A DNA stretch of 39,843 bases, taken from the IMG/VR virus record IMGVR_UViG_3300029893_000027; one strand, written 5' to 3'. Positions 24,637 through 34,018 of this stretch are shown here, piece after piece. The notes under the pieces are model-generated. The model made no database searches, was not told the DNA's origin, and saw nothing but the letters and a program-made list of their open reading frames with translations. Source of the stretch: a virus. A program made the translations under genes and the position numbers. Position 1 is the stretch's first letter. Each line of letters starts with the position of its first letter.

Positions 24637-25283
24637 CTTGGCTTGGTGTCTTACCAAGAGAAGATAGGTGGAGTTATTTAGCTGAAGCAATAAGAGAAGG
24701 ACTTGGAGCGTATATTGGTGCAAGGGAAAGAAGGGAACAGAGAGAATTGGAAAGAGCACGAATTAGACCGTGGGAAAGACAATTTGAATTAGAAGAGAGA
24801 AAAATTGCTGCAGAAGAAAGAAGAGAAACTGTACGTGCACTGCTGGAAAGCGATGAACAAGTATTTCGACGACTTCACGCAGAACTTGAAGCCATCGACT
24901 GGGACAAAAGACTGCCCTTCCTAAGAGAAAGAGCTCCTATGTTGGATGCAACATATATTGGCAGAGAGTGGCAAAGGCAATTTGGTGAACGTTTTAGTGA
25001 TATGTATATCAGAGCATACGAAGCTACTCAAGACCCTCCTAAAATAGGTTGGTGGCAACGCCTATTCGGAGGTGAGAGAGTTACGCCTCCACCGTTTCCA
25101 CCACCTGCACCAACAGCGCCTACAGTCACACCGCCCGCGCCAGCTGCAATCGCAGACTACTATGTACCACCACCAGCGCCAAGAAGAAGGAGGGGAAGAA
25201 TAAGAGTTAGACTTAAAGCCACAGGACAAACTGGCACAATCGAAGAACACGAATTTGACCCTGCAATTTATGAGAGGTTCTAA
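24624..25283 (+). CDS. Internal virion protein candidate (219 aa, R/E-rich with a Pro-rich tail)
   Basis: The SD GGGAGGTGAAAT lies inside the endonuclease 3' end. Contains a PPPFPPPAPTAPTVTPPAPA tract. Confidence 0.55.
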   Translation: MAGLTWLGVLPREDRWSYLAEAIREGLGAYIGARERREQRELERARIRPWERQFELEERKIAAEERRETVRALLESDEQVFRRLHAELEAIDWDKRLPFLRERAPMLDATYIGREWQRQFGERFSDMYIRAYEATQDPPKIGWWQRLFGGERVTPPPFPPPAPTAPTVTPPAPAAIADYYVPPPAPRRRRGRIRVRLKATGQTGTIEEHEFDPAIYERF

Positions 25284-28200
25284 TGCCATTTATACCTGAT
25301 AAAGAACAAAGACCAACGCCTTCTTTTGTGGCTGATGTCCCTCGCACTCCTGCTATTACTGGCGTAACTCCTTCTTTTGTTCCTGACGAACCACATAAAC
25401 CAACACCTTCTTTCATTGCTGATTTAACAATACCACTTTGGAGTAAAGCAACAGAAGGCTTTGTAGCAGGAGTAGGCGACTTACTGTCCACAAGCGGCAC
25501 AGTTTTAGGTTGGATGGGTGCAAAAAAGTTATCAGAAAAAAGTAGAGCTTTAGGTGTACAACTACGTACAAGATACATTCCACCAGAAAGACCAGAAGAA
25601 TTTAGTTGGAAAAGTGTATTAGACCCTGAATGGTGGGCTACTTCAGTATCCAGGGCTGTACCTTTTACTCTATCATTAGTGCCAGCTGCAATCCTTGGTG
25701 CTTATGGTGGAGTTAAGATGGCAACAATAGCAGGATTAGGTGCATTTGGGAAAACTGTCTTAGGTTCACTTGGTGGTGCAGCACTATCAAGACCAATTGA
25801 GTCGGCATTAGAGGCAGCAGGCGCACACGAGCAAATGATTGCAAGAGGAAGAACAGAACAGGAAGCTGAGAGGTCAGCCAACAAAGTTTTTTGGGACAAT
25901 ATGAAACTGGTAGGGTTAGATGCTGCTCAATTTATTATTGCCTTTGCTCCAATCAAAGGTTTCGGTCCAATATTCAAAGGTGCATTAAGTAGAAGAATAC
26001 TATCAGTCGGAAGAGTTGGTGCCAGAATTGGAGTAACAGGTGCAGTGGAAGCAGGCGAAGAAGGATATCAAGATATTATACAAAGGAGAGCAATTGGCGA
26101 GAAAGTTACTTTAGACCCGCAAATGTCCGAAGCAATGGCAATAGGAGCTATCTTTGGTGCTGGATTAGGTACAGCAGGAAGCGTCTATACCAGTTTAGTG
26201 CAGAAAATTAGGAGAAATATGCCACCAGGGATGACAATTGACCTTGAAAGAATTAAAGCTGAAGAACTAAGAAAAGGAATTCCTGAACAGCAAGCAGAAC
26301 TAAATGCACTTGACAGAATAGCCGAGACTGACGAAGGCAGGGTAGTTATTGAGTCAGCAGTTGAAGACCTAAAGACTAAAGCAAAAGCCGTAGAACCTAT
26401 ACCAGCAGATGAAGCAGAGGCATACGAGGCTTGGTTGAGAGAACGTATGCCAACCATACGGCCAGAGTTAGAAGTTCCTTTACATCCTACACCTCCACAC
26501 GTAATAGAAGAAGAACTTGCACAAGTTCCTGCACCTGAACCTTCAACCATTCCACCTACACCTGAACATATCAAACCTATCCCTGAACCAATTAGGAAAA
26601 TAACTGACTTCACACTCTCACCACACATTCCTATTTCTGTTACAGCCACTGACGCATTGGTCATTCTACGGACGCAAGACCCTGAAAAGATAAGAGATTT
26701 GGTGGGAAGAATAGAAAATGCTAAGACGACATACCCTACCTTAGTATCAGACTTCACTTTGCTGGCAGATAGCATCAAAGCATCTTTTCCTGAAGCATTC
26801 CTTACTTTGCACGACCGACTCGGTAACCCAATTTATCAGCATCTACAGTATGATGTAGCATACAGAGTGGGAGAAACCATGGTGTATGGCCCAATGAGCG
26901 GCAGAGATATTTTTTCAGCACATCAAACAGGTCGTATACCTGATGGTAGACCATTTTCATTCATCTACGCAGACCTCCGTCCTGCCCAAACACCATACCT
27001 TCCAGAGGTTGCCATTGCCGAACAAGAGATTGCAAAGAAAGCAGCAATTGAAGATGTGCAGAAAGAACCTGAACAAGAACTAATCAGTGGAGTTGGTGAG
27101 ACTGTCAATCCCACAGAAGCAACGATGGAAGCAGAGGTTGAAGACATCCTCTCAGGAAAGCCAGTTCCAACTATCACACGTGCCCAACAGAGGGCAATCT
27201 TCTTATATGCACAAAGAAAAGGATTAACTCCACGACAGATGAGTAGATTAAGAAAAGTTCTTACGGAAGCTACCACCTTCAGACTTGCTCCACTCGGAAG
27301 GGGAGAAGTTGTAATGACGAGAAAAGAGGCAGCAGATTTCATTCGTGCTATTCGTCATGTCGTCAAACCACCTTATAAACCACCAGTCATACCACGCACA
27401 GCACGAATGACACCAGAAGGCTTCTTCGAGTGGATTGCATCACTTCCAGATATTGGCATCACAAGACTTGGCCCAATCAGATACTGGACTGACACATACC
27501 AGGCAAAGACAGGCATACCCATTCGCACACAAATAGTCGAACCAGTGGAGAATGCTGACCAGCAAACAAAGGCGGCACGTATCTATTGGTTTGATAGAAT
27601 GAGAAAAGCATTTGGCGATACACTGCACCAATCCGAGTCACTAAAAATTCTTACTTCTTACTTAGACAACCCGTTGTCCGAAGACCCTACATCTGCTGAC
27701 GGCATCAAATTGGCGACTGAACTAAATCTAAGTGATGTTGAGTATGAGGCAGCAAAACGTCTGCGTGCAATGACCAAAGAGTTGTTTGACTACTTTGACT
27801 GGTTAGGCCCTGAAAAGTATGTGAAAGGCTATTGGTCTCGTATTCGACCAAGAGAAGGTTTTAGAGCACATTATCCTCGCTACGAGTATGTTCCCGACGA
27901 GCTAAGATGGTTTGCTGACCTCGAAAGAGCTGGAATTCTCTCACCAAAAGAAACCGATGCTTTCACTATCTTCAGCACATATCTCAATGCTGGCATCAGA
28001 AAGAAATTCTTTCAACCTGTCTTAGAAAAAATAAAACCCATTCGTGCACTACTTCCCCGAAACGTAAGTCAAGGCATAGATGCATACCTCCAAGAGAAAC
28101 TCTTTGGCGGCAAAAGAGGAATGATGCTGGCAGAAGCAACAATGGACAATATATTTAGGTCATTAAAAATAGAACTGCATCCAGAGACGAAAGATGCCTT

Positions 28201-29515
28201 CCGACATCTCTACTTCCTTTCCACATACGGAGGTGCATTGGCATACAGAATTATGCCTATCATCAGAAATTTGATAGTCCAGCCAATTGGAATGTTATTG
28301 CCAGAGGTAGGGCCAAGATGGTGGGCAAAAGGTGTAGAAGCAGTTGTCAAACCTGAGAGCTGGAGAAAAGCACGCAGAGAAGGATGGCTTCCATATATGG
28401 GTGTGCCATACGCAGAGATGATTGCATCCAAGTTAGAACTTGGCAAATTGACAGCACCTTTGGAAATATGGAGAAAAATTCTAAAAATAGGAATGATGCC
28501 CTATGGGCAGTTTGCCGATAGTGTGGGCAGAATAATGGGCATTGGTGCAGTGGAAGCACGTTTCAACCATTATCTTTCTCTATACAAAAAAGGGAAAATA
28601 AATTTTAAGACATTTGCCAGAGGTATTGATTTAGATGGAGCACCAATCACTTTGCAACCAGAAATAGAAAGATTAGTGAAGGAGGGGAGAGCAGATGAAG
28701 CATTGAGGTTGCAGACGAGGGAAGTAATTGATGGTATATTCTATCCATATCGTAGAGGAAGTGAGATACTTGTTGGTGTAAGTGCTGGCAAATACTTTGG
28801 ACAATTTGGTGTTTGGCCAACTGAATTTGCGTTCAATTTGGCCAGAAGGTGGATAGGTCGCGGTCAATTTGATAAGCTTGCATTGTTTGGAATTGTTGGA
28901 GCAATCATAGTAGGGACACTACGCAAATTAGGAGTCCACCCACGAAGATTTTATGCTTTAGATGCTATACTTAACCCTACCCTTGCACCACTTCCACAAC
29001 TCACCGTCTCTTCAATTGAATTAATGCAATCTCTCTACTATGGCAACCGAAGATTAATAGATAGAAACATCGGAAAAATGTTAAGCACATTACGCATTTT
29101 CCTCCCCGCTGGAATTGCTGTTAGTGAAGTAGCAGACTTCTGGAGGGCAGAAGCTGACAATTGGATGATTAGAGATAAAATCACTGGCAAGCCACTCTAT
29201 CAGTCTTCTCCCACCGAAGAGTTGATGAAGATGTTTGGGTTTACAACTGTGAAGGAGATGGAAGTGCGTCGTTTCTTAACTCAACGCAGAAATGTCGTTT
29301 ACACTGTGCAAAAATTAAATAGAAAAATAAAACAACTATACTTACAGAGAAGAGGAAGAGAGGCACGAGATTTAGATGACTGGAAGATTATGAAGTATAG
29401 CGAATTATATAAGAATGCGACAGGCACTGCTCTCAAAAGAATAACACCTGGAGAAGCATACCGATGGGAGAGAAAAAGAAGAAGAGAAATATATGAATCT
29501 CCTGCGTTTGAGTAA
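25283..29515 (+). CDS. Giant internal virion/DNA-ejection protein candidate (1410 aa)
   Basis: Assigned from size, hydrophobic segments, and position at the end of the tail module. The N-terminus carries a triple repeat: PTPSFVAD, VTPSFVPD, PTPSFIAD. No lysozyme or RNAP motif was recognised. Confidence 0.55.
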   Translation: MPFIPDKEQRPTPSFVADVPRTPAITGVTPSFVPDEPHKPTPSFIADLTIPLWSKATEGFVAGVGDLLSTSGTVLGWMGAKKLSEKSRALGVQLRTRYIPPERPEEFSWKSVLDPEWWATSVSRAVPFTLSLVPAAILGAYGGVKMATIAGLGAFGKTVLGSLGGAALSRPIESALEAAGAHEQMIARGRTEQEAERSANKVFWDNMKLVGLDAAQFIIAFAPIKGFGPIFKGALSRRILSVGRVGARIGVTGAVEAGEEGYQDIIQRRAIGEKVTLDPQMSEAMAIGAIFGAGLGTAGSVYTSLVQKIRRNMPPGMTIDLERIKAEELRKGIPEQQAELNALDRIAETDEGRVVIESAVEDLKTKAKAVEPIPADEAEAYEAWLRERMPTIRPELEVPLHPTPPHVIEEELAQVPAPEPSTIPPTPEHIKPIPEPIRKITDFTLSPHIPISVTATDALVILRTQDPEKIRDLVGRIENAKTTYPTLVSDFTLLADSIKASFPEAFLTLHDRLGNPIYQHLQYDVAYRVGETMVYGPMSGRDIFSAHQTGRIPDGRPFSFIYADLRPAQTPYLPEVAIAEQEIAKKAAIEDVQKEPEQELISGVGETVNPTEATMEAEVEDILSGKPVPTITRAQQRAIFLYAQRKGLTPRQMSRLRKVLTEATTFRLAPLGRGEVVMTRKEAADFIRAIRHVVKPPYKPPVIPRTARMTPEGFFEWIASLPDIGITRLGPIRYWTDTYQAKTGIPIRTQIVEPVENADQQTKAARIYWFDRMRKAFGDTLHQSESLKILTSYLDNPLSEDPTSADGIKLATELNLSDVEYEAAKRLRAMTKELFDYFDWLGPEKYVKGYWSRIRPREGFRAHYPRYEYVPDELRWFADLERAGILSPKETDAFTIFSTYLNAGIRKKFFQPVLEKIKPIRALLPRNVSQGIDAYLQEKLFGGKRGMMLAEATMDNIFRSLKIELHPETKDAFRHLYFLSTYGGALAYRIMPIIRNLIVQPIGMLLPEVGPRWWAKGVEAVVKPESWRKARREGWLPYMGVPYAEMIASKLELGKLTAPLEIWRKILKIGMMPYGQFADSVGRIMGIGAVEARFNHYLSLYKKGKINFKTFARGIDLDGAPITLQPEIERLVKEGRADEALRLQTREVIDGIFYPYRRGSEILVGVSAGKYFGQFGVWPTEFAFNLARRWIGRGQFDKLALFGIVGAIIVGTLRKLGVHPRRFYALDAILNPTLAPLPQLTVSSIELMQSLYYGNRRLIDRNIGKMLSTLRIFLPAGIAVSEVADFWRAEADNWMIRDKITGKPLYQSSPTEELMKMFGFTTVKEMEVRRFLTQRRNVVYTVQKLNRKIKQLYLQRRGREARDLDDWKIMKYSELYKNATGTALKRITPGEAYRWERKRRREIYESPAFE

Positions 29516-29533
29516 ATTATATAATAATTTCAA

Positions 29534-30832
29534 ATGAACGTCTTATTTGTTAGTATGAGTGGCGACTCACTCTCTCTCGCTGAGCGTGTGCAAAGAGAGG
29601 GACACAATGTGTTCTTCTACATATATGAAGAAAAGGCACAGAAAATTGGGGATGGAATAGTGCAGAAGCCAAAGTGTAAGTTGCCAATAATGACGAAGAA
29701 GACTCGTAAAGTAATTAAGGCGAATGTGAATGTGCTTTTGCGTGAAGTACAGCCTGATTTCTGTGTATTTGATATGGTGAAGATGGGAGAAGTTGCTGAC
29801 TGCATACGCACACAAAATATACCTGTATTTGGTGCAAGCAAGTGGGCTGATGTTGCTGAACTTGACCGTGCGTATGGATATAAGTTGATGAAGGCAACGG
29901 ACATACGCACTCCTCTCACACATATGTTTACTGCAGGACAACATGAAAAGGCAGCGGAGTTTGTGCAGAAGACGGGAAAAAGGTATGTGTATAAGCCGAG
30001 TGGGAATATTGAGTGTTCTCATACATATGTTGCAAAAGGAACAGAGGATATGATAGCGATGTTGCAACTTTGGCATAATGACAAGTGTGAGTTTGAGTTG
30101 CAGGAGTATGTAGAAGGAGTTGAGGTAAGTTGTGAAATTTGGTGGAATGGCATCAGCGCACATTTGCACAACTGGACGATGGAAGAGAAGAAGTTTATGA
30201 ATGACGATGTTGGGCCTGCGATGGGATGTGCAGGCAATGTGGTTGCTTTCTTACCTTCGAAAAGTAGATTGGTAAGAGAAGGTGTGGGAAAGATGGAACG
30301 CTTACTGAAGAAAGTACAATATCGTGGCCCAATTGATTTGAACTCAATTGTGAATAAAGATGGTTTGTTTGGGTTAGAGTTTACAGTGAGATTTGGATAT
30401 GATGCTGTGCAAACATTGCTCGAACTTTACCGTGGCTCTCTTACACAACTATTATTTGCAATAGCGACAGGAAGTAATGAACATGGAGAATATCACAGTG
30501 GATATGCAATTGGCGTTCGTGTCAGTATACCGCCTTATCCTCACACTGCAGAAAATGTCCCTATAGGAGTGCCAGTGATTGGAACTAATAGTGAGAACTT
30601 AAAACATATTTGGTGGGGTGATGTGCGAGCGGGAAGCAAATATTATGAGAGTGCAGGTAGTGATGGTAATTTAGGTGTGGTGACTGCAAGAGGGTCGGAT
30701 GTGAGGGAATGTCGTCGTCGTGTTTATAGGACAATAAATAATTTAATTATACCACAAGCGCAGTATCGAACTGACATAGGGGAGAGGGTAAATGAAGATG
30801 TTAAAAGGTTAAAAATGTGGGGTTACTTATAA
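29534..30832 (+). CDS. ATP-grasp ligase, PurD (glycinamide ribonucleotide synthetase)-like but divergent
   Basis: Collinear by eye with E. coli PurD: VFGASKWADVAELDRAYGYKLM, YVYKPSG, LQEYVEGVEVSCE, EEKKFMNDDVGPAMGCAGN, GLEFTVRFGYDAVQ and GVVTARGSDVRECRRRVY. It lacks the N-terminal GGREHA loop and the GDPE motif. Confidence 0.7.
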   Translation: MNVLFVSMSGDSLSLAERVQREGHNVFFYIYEEKAQKIGDGIVQKPKCKLPIMTKKTRKVIKANVNVLLREVQPDFCVFDMVKMGEVADCIRTQNIPVFGASKWADVAELDRAYGYKLMKATDIRTPLTHMFTAGQHEKAAEFVQKTGKRYVYKPSGNIECSHTYVAKGTEDMIAMLQLWHNDKCEFELQEYVEGVEVSCEIWWNGISAHLHNWTMEEKKFMNDDVGPAMGCAGNVVAFLPSKSRLVREGVGKMERLLKKVQYRGPIDLNSIVNKDGLFGLEFTVRFGYDAVQTLLELYRGSLTQLLFAIATGSNEHGEYHSGYAIGVRVSIPPYPHTAENVPIGVPVIGTNSENLKHIWWGDVRAGSKYYESAGSDGNLGVVTARGSDVRECRRRVYRTINNLIIPQAQYRTDIGERVNEDVKRLKMWGYL

Positions 30833-30834
30833 TT

Positions 30835-31938
30835 TTATGTCCACAATTCTTTCTGTAATTGTAATTTATTTAATCTTGGTATGATAATCTCATCTAAATA
30901 TTTTTTAGATAATTCTATTCCAATAAACTTCCTGCCTAATTTTCGTGCAACCACCCCTGTTGTTCCGCTTCCCATAAATGGGTCAAGAATAATACCATTT
31001 TTTTGACATCCTGCTTTAATTGGAGTTATACAAAGTTCTTCTGGATAAACTGCAAAGTGAGCTCCTGTAAAGCCTTTTGTTGGAATAGTCCAAACACAAC
31101 GTTTGTTGCGACCTAATTTGTTAGGTCGCATATTTCTACTTCTTAAAAGTGCCTTTTGAGATTCAACATATTGTTCTATTTCTTTTGCATCTTTAACTTT
31201 ATAATTAAAATAATTTCCACCCCATCTGTTTATTGGTGCTTGATATTTTTCAAATTGCTGTTCAAACCAATACTTTTTATTTTTTACAAAGAAAAATATT
31301 TTTTCAAAATCTACTGTAAATCTATCTTTTGCTGATGAGGGTAAACAATTAGGCTTGTGCCAAATCAACTCATTGCGTAATGTCCAGCCACGATTTGTCA
31401 TTTCTATGGCAAAGCGAGAAGGAATTTGAAGAAGACATTTTGCTGATAAATTATTTGTAGATTGATTATTATAAGAATCTCCTATATTTACCCAACAAGT
31501 TCCTGTTTTTTTAAGCACTCTTTTTATCTCATCAAAAATATCGTAAAGGTGTTTAAGATAAAGTTGGAAAGTAGGTTCTGAACCTAAAGAACCACGCCAA
31601 GCTCCACAATTACAAAATTGAGAATCAGATTGATAATCTTCTGTAGTTGCTTTCTTAAATTGTTTTTGTCCTTTTGGAGTTGCTTCCCATCCTATTCTGC
31701 CTTTATGGATATTTAATTCCCAATTGTGAACATGTTTATAGTTATAAACAGGTTCATCCCAGATTTGAGGTTCTAATTCATAATTTCTTAATGTCCAATA
31801 AGGAGGAGAAGTTAGAACACAATCCACAAATTCATCAGGAAAAGTCTTCAAAATCTCTAAAGCATTACCTTTATAAAGTTTGACGTTTTCAGTCTGATAG
31901 TAAGCATAATTTAAAATTGTGAAATCTTCAGTTGTCAC
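30835..31938 (-). CDS. DNA methyltransferase, beta-class amino-MTase (SPPY motif, likely N4-cytosine, alternatively N6-adenine)
   Basis: Motif IV (DCVLTSPPYW) is N-terminal and motif I (ILDPFMGSGTTGVVA) is C-terminal. No adjacent restriction gene. Confidence 0.85.
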   Translation of the reverse strand: MTTEDFTILNYAYYQTENVKLYKGNALEILKTFPDEFVDCVLTSPPYWTLRNYELEPQIWDEPVYNYKHVHNWELNIHKGRIGWEATPKGQKQFKKATTEDYQSDSQFCNCGAWRGSLGSEPTFQLYLKHLYDIFDEIKRVLKKTGTCWVNIGDSYNNQSTNNLSAKCLLQIPSRFAIEMTNRGWTLRNELIWHKPNCLPSSAKDRFTVDFEKIFFFVKNKKYWFEQQFEKYQAPINRWGGNYFNYKVKDAKEIEQYVESQKALLRSRNMRPNKLGRNKRCVWTIPTKGFTGAHFAVYPEELCITPIKAGCQKNGIILDPFMGSGTTGVVARKLGRKFIGIELSKKYLDEIIIPRLNKLQLQKELWT

Positions 31939-32164
31939 CCCTTACCTCCTTTGTTTTTTTCTCCTTCTCCTTCTTCACCACTGCAATTACTGCACTCCCT
32001 ACTTTCTCCCCCAATTCAATGATTGCATTGTGTATTACTTCAGAGATATGATTGACAGTTACCCATTGTTGCAATTCAGCTGGTAACATCATCCATATTT
32101 CCAGCTCTGATTTACCCTGAAACTCTTTTCTTGTCATATCTACATATTTGCTGACTTTAATCAT
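31928..32164 (-). CDS. Hypothetical protein (78 aa)
   Basis: SD AAAAGGAGGTAAGT, with TAATG coupling to the upstream peptide. Confidence 0.6.
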   Translation of the reverse strand: MIKVSKYVDMTRKEFQGKSELEIWMMLPAELQQWVTVNHISEVIHNAIIELGEKVGSAVIAVVKKEKEKKTKEVRGDN

Positions 32165-32277
32165 TACTTACCTCCTTTTTTCTGAATTTGTTGGTTTCCA
32201 TATTTATATCCCATATAAAAACCAATAGATAATATGACAACCAAAGACACAAACAAAACAATGTTTCCATTTTCCAT
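32164..32277 (-). CDS. 37-aa membrane peptide
   Basis: Hand-translated: MENGNIVLFVSLVVILSIGFYMGYKYGNQQIQKKGGK. SD GGAGGTGTGTAAGATA. Confidence 0.5.
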   Translation of the reverse strand: MENGNIVLFVSLVVILSIGFYMGYKYGNQQIQKKGGK

Positions 32278-32295
32278 TATCTTACACACCTCCTT

Positions 32296-33453
32296 TCATT
32301 TCCTCTTTATCTTAAAATATCTCTTCCCATCTCTTATTATTTCTTCAATTATCTCCTCCGCAAGCAAACTCTGCAATACTTCAGTCAATCTCTTCGCATC
32401 AATACAATAGCTAACATTACGAAGTACCTCAGTGAAACTTGCCTCTTCTCTTCTTGCTATTGTGCGATACACTTTTCCTTTGTCTTCTCCAACTTGTGTT
32501 GCCATCACACTCTTCAATACTTCAGGCAAATACTTCTCATTTTCATCCATCGCTTTTAATGCTACCTCTAAATCACTATCATTTACTATTAACTCATCAT
32601 TGTGAGATGCAGCGACACACATTGCAACCTTCAACAGTGTGTCGTGCTTCCTTCCATAATATCCGTTCAATGCACTCTCACTTTTGTTCATCGACTTGCT
32701 AAATATATTCACATACCACGTCTCATACCACTTTTTTGCATCTTCATTCAACTCATACTTCCCTTTCAATTTATTTATTAGCTTTAAGTCAGCTATTAAC
32801 ATCTGCCTCTGTTTTCTCTGATTATTTGTCAATTGAGGAAATGGCACTAACTTCTCTGGTTCATATTGATAAACGAAAATAACACGAGAAGTAAATCCTC
32901 CTCCAATTGCGTGTGAGGGTAGTGAGCCTTTTATCCATTCTGGTGTTGTGCTTCCAATTAAGTTCATATACACATTACGACATACCTCTCTTCCTCTTAT
33001 TATTGTATGATAATCAAATATATCTTCGCAATCATATAATTTAGTAAGTAATTGTATGAGTGCATCATCTTTAACTGATGTGCCCAGGAATACACTTAAC
33101 TCACTACTAACAATAGTTCCTCCTGCCATTCCCGTTTTGTTTTTGTCTACCAGTACAGATATTAACGCCTCTGGTGTTATTTTCTGGCTTATTGTGCATA
33201 CATTAGGAAGTGCGTCTTTGAAAATTGAGTAGCCTATATTTATCGCAGTTGTGCGACGTGTGCGTGCACTTGCGCCAACTAATACTATATATAAGTTTGG
33301 ATAAAGTGTGTAATATCCTCTATCCATATACACTTTCCTCTCAAGCGCACTGGTAATGACAGACAAGCCGACCCAAAGATGGAACATACTCGGACTTTCC
33401 TGTTCTTGCGTATACTCTAAGTATGTGCCTAACCAGTCCTTGCATTGTCTCAT
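32296..33453 (-). CDS. DUF3987-like replication protein with a degenerate P-loop (putative helicase/loader-like)
   Basis: The N-terminal pattern SPSMFHLWVGLSVITSALERKV...YPNLYIVLVGASARTRRT resembles the DUF3987 template as recalled, but Arg replaces the Walker Lys. The ATG at 33453 after AAGGGA is preferred over the track TTG at 33480. Confidence 0.45.
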   Translation of the reverse strand: MRQCKDWLGTYLEYTQEQESPSMFHLWVGLSVITSALERKVYMDRGYYTLYPNLYIVLVGASARTRRTTAINIGYSIFKDALPNVCTISQKITPEALISVLVDKNKTGMAGGTIVSSELSVFLGTSVKDDALIQLLTKLYDCEDIFDYHTIIRGREVCRNVYMNLIGSTTPEWIKGSLPSHAIGGGFTSRVIFVYQYEPEKLVPFPQLTNNQRKQRQMLIADLKLINKLKGKYELNEDAKKWYETWYVNIFSKSMNKSESALNGYYGRKHDTLLKVAMCVAASHNDELIVNDSDLEVALKAMDENEKYLPEVLKSVMATQVGEDKGKVYRTIARREEASFTEVLRNVSYCIDAKRLTEVLQSLLAEEIIEEIIRDGKRYFKIKRK

Positions 33454-33469
33454 ATATGCAGTTCCCTTT

Positions 33470-33994
33470 TTATTCCTCAAACTTTGTAACTATAAACCTT
33501 CCCATCAAAGGACGATAATCACCAATGCCTATCCTTTGACCTGCATAATCAAGTATCTCCTTTAACTTATCTTTTCCAATTATTTCCTCATCATACTCAA
33601 TTTCAAACTCCAACGCCCACTTGTCAAAACGTGGTCTGGCACGCATTATTCTCATCCTTTGTATAACTACAGGTCTACGGTCAATTACCCATTCCTGGCA
33701 GATATGGGGTATCGCATCTGGAGTAACGAAAACACTACTTTTTATAACTGAGGAATAAGTTAGTTTTCTTTCAAACTGAAATCTTGCTCCAGCTTTAATT
33801 AAAGCTCCTAAAATGTGAGTGGCAGGCTGATAAATAGTTCCTTTCTCGTCTTTATACAAACTCTTCTCACATTCCTCTCTTGCAGGAAACTCTTTTATTT
33901 TCTTCTTTGACTTATGCTCTGGATTTTCTTCTTCTGGAAAACGATGCTGTAATAATGGTGCTATACCCTCAATTTTAACTTTTACTTTTTTCAT
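33470..33994 (-). CDS. Hypothetical replication-module protein (174 aa)
   Basis: SD AAAGGAGGAAAAA. Motifs GIAPLLQHRF and GIGDYRPLMGRF are present. No family was recognised by eye. Confidence 0.7.
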   Translation of the reverse strand: MKKVKVKIEGIAPLLQHRFPEEENPEHKSKKKIKEFPAREECEKSLYKDEKGTIYQPATHILGALIKAGARFQFERKLTYSSVIKSSVFVTPDAIPHICQEWVIDRRPVVIQRMRIMRARPRFDKWALEFEIEYDEEIIGKDKLKEILDYAGQRIGIGDYRPLMGRFIVTKFEE

Positions 33995-34018
33995 TTTTTC
34001 CTCCTTTCTTTGTATTGT

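Noticed and set aside
29534-30832. Bona fide purD auxiliary metabolic gene
   Set aside because: The N-terminal GGREHA and GDPE signatures are missing and no other purine genes are present. It is kept as a PurD-fold ligase of unknown substrate.
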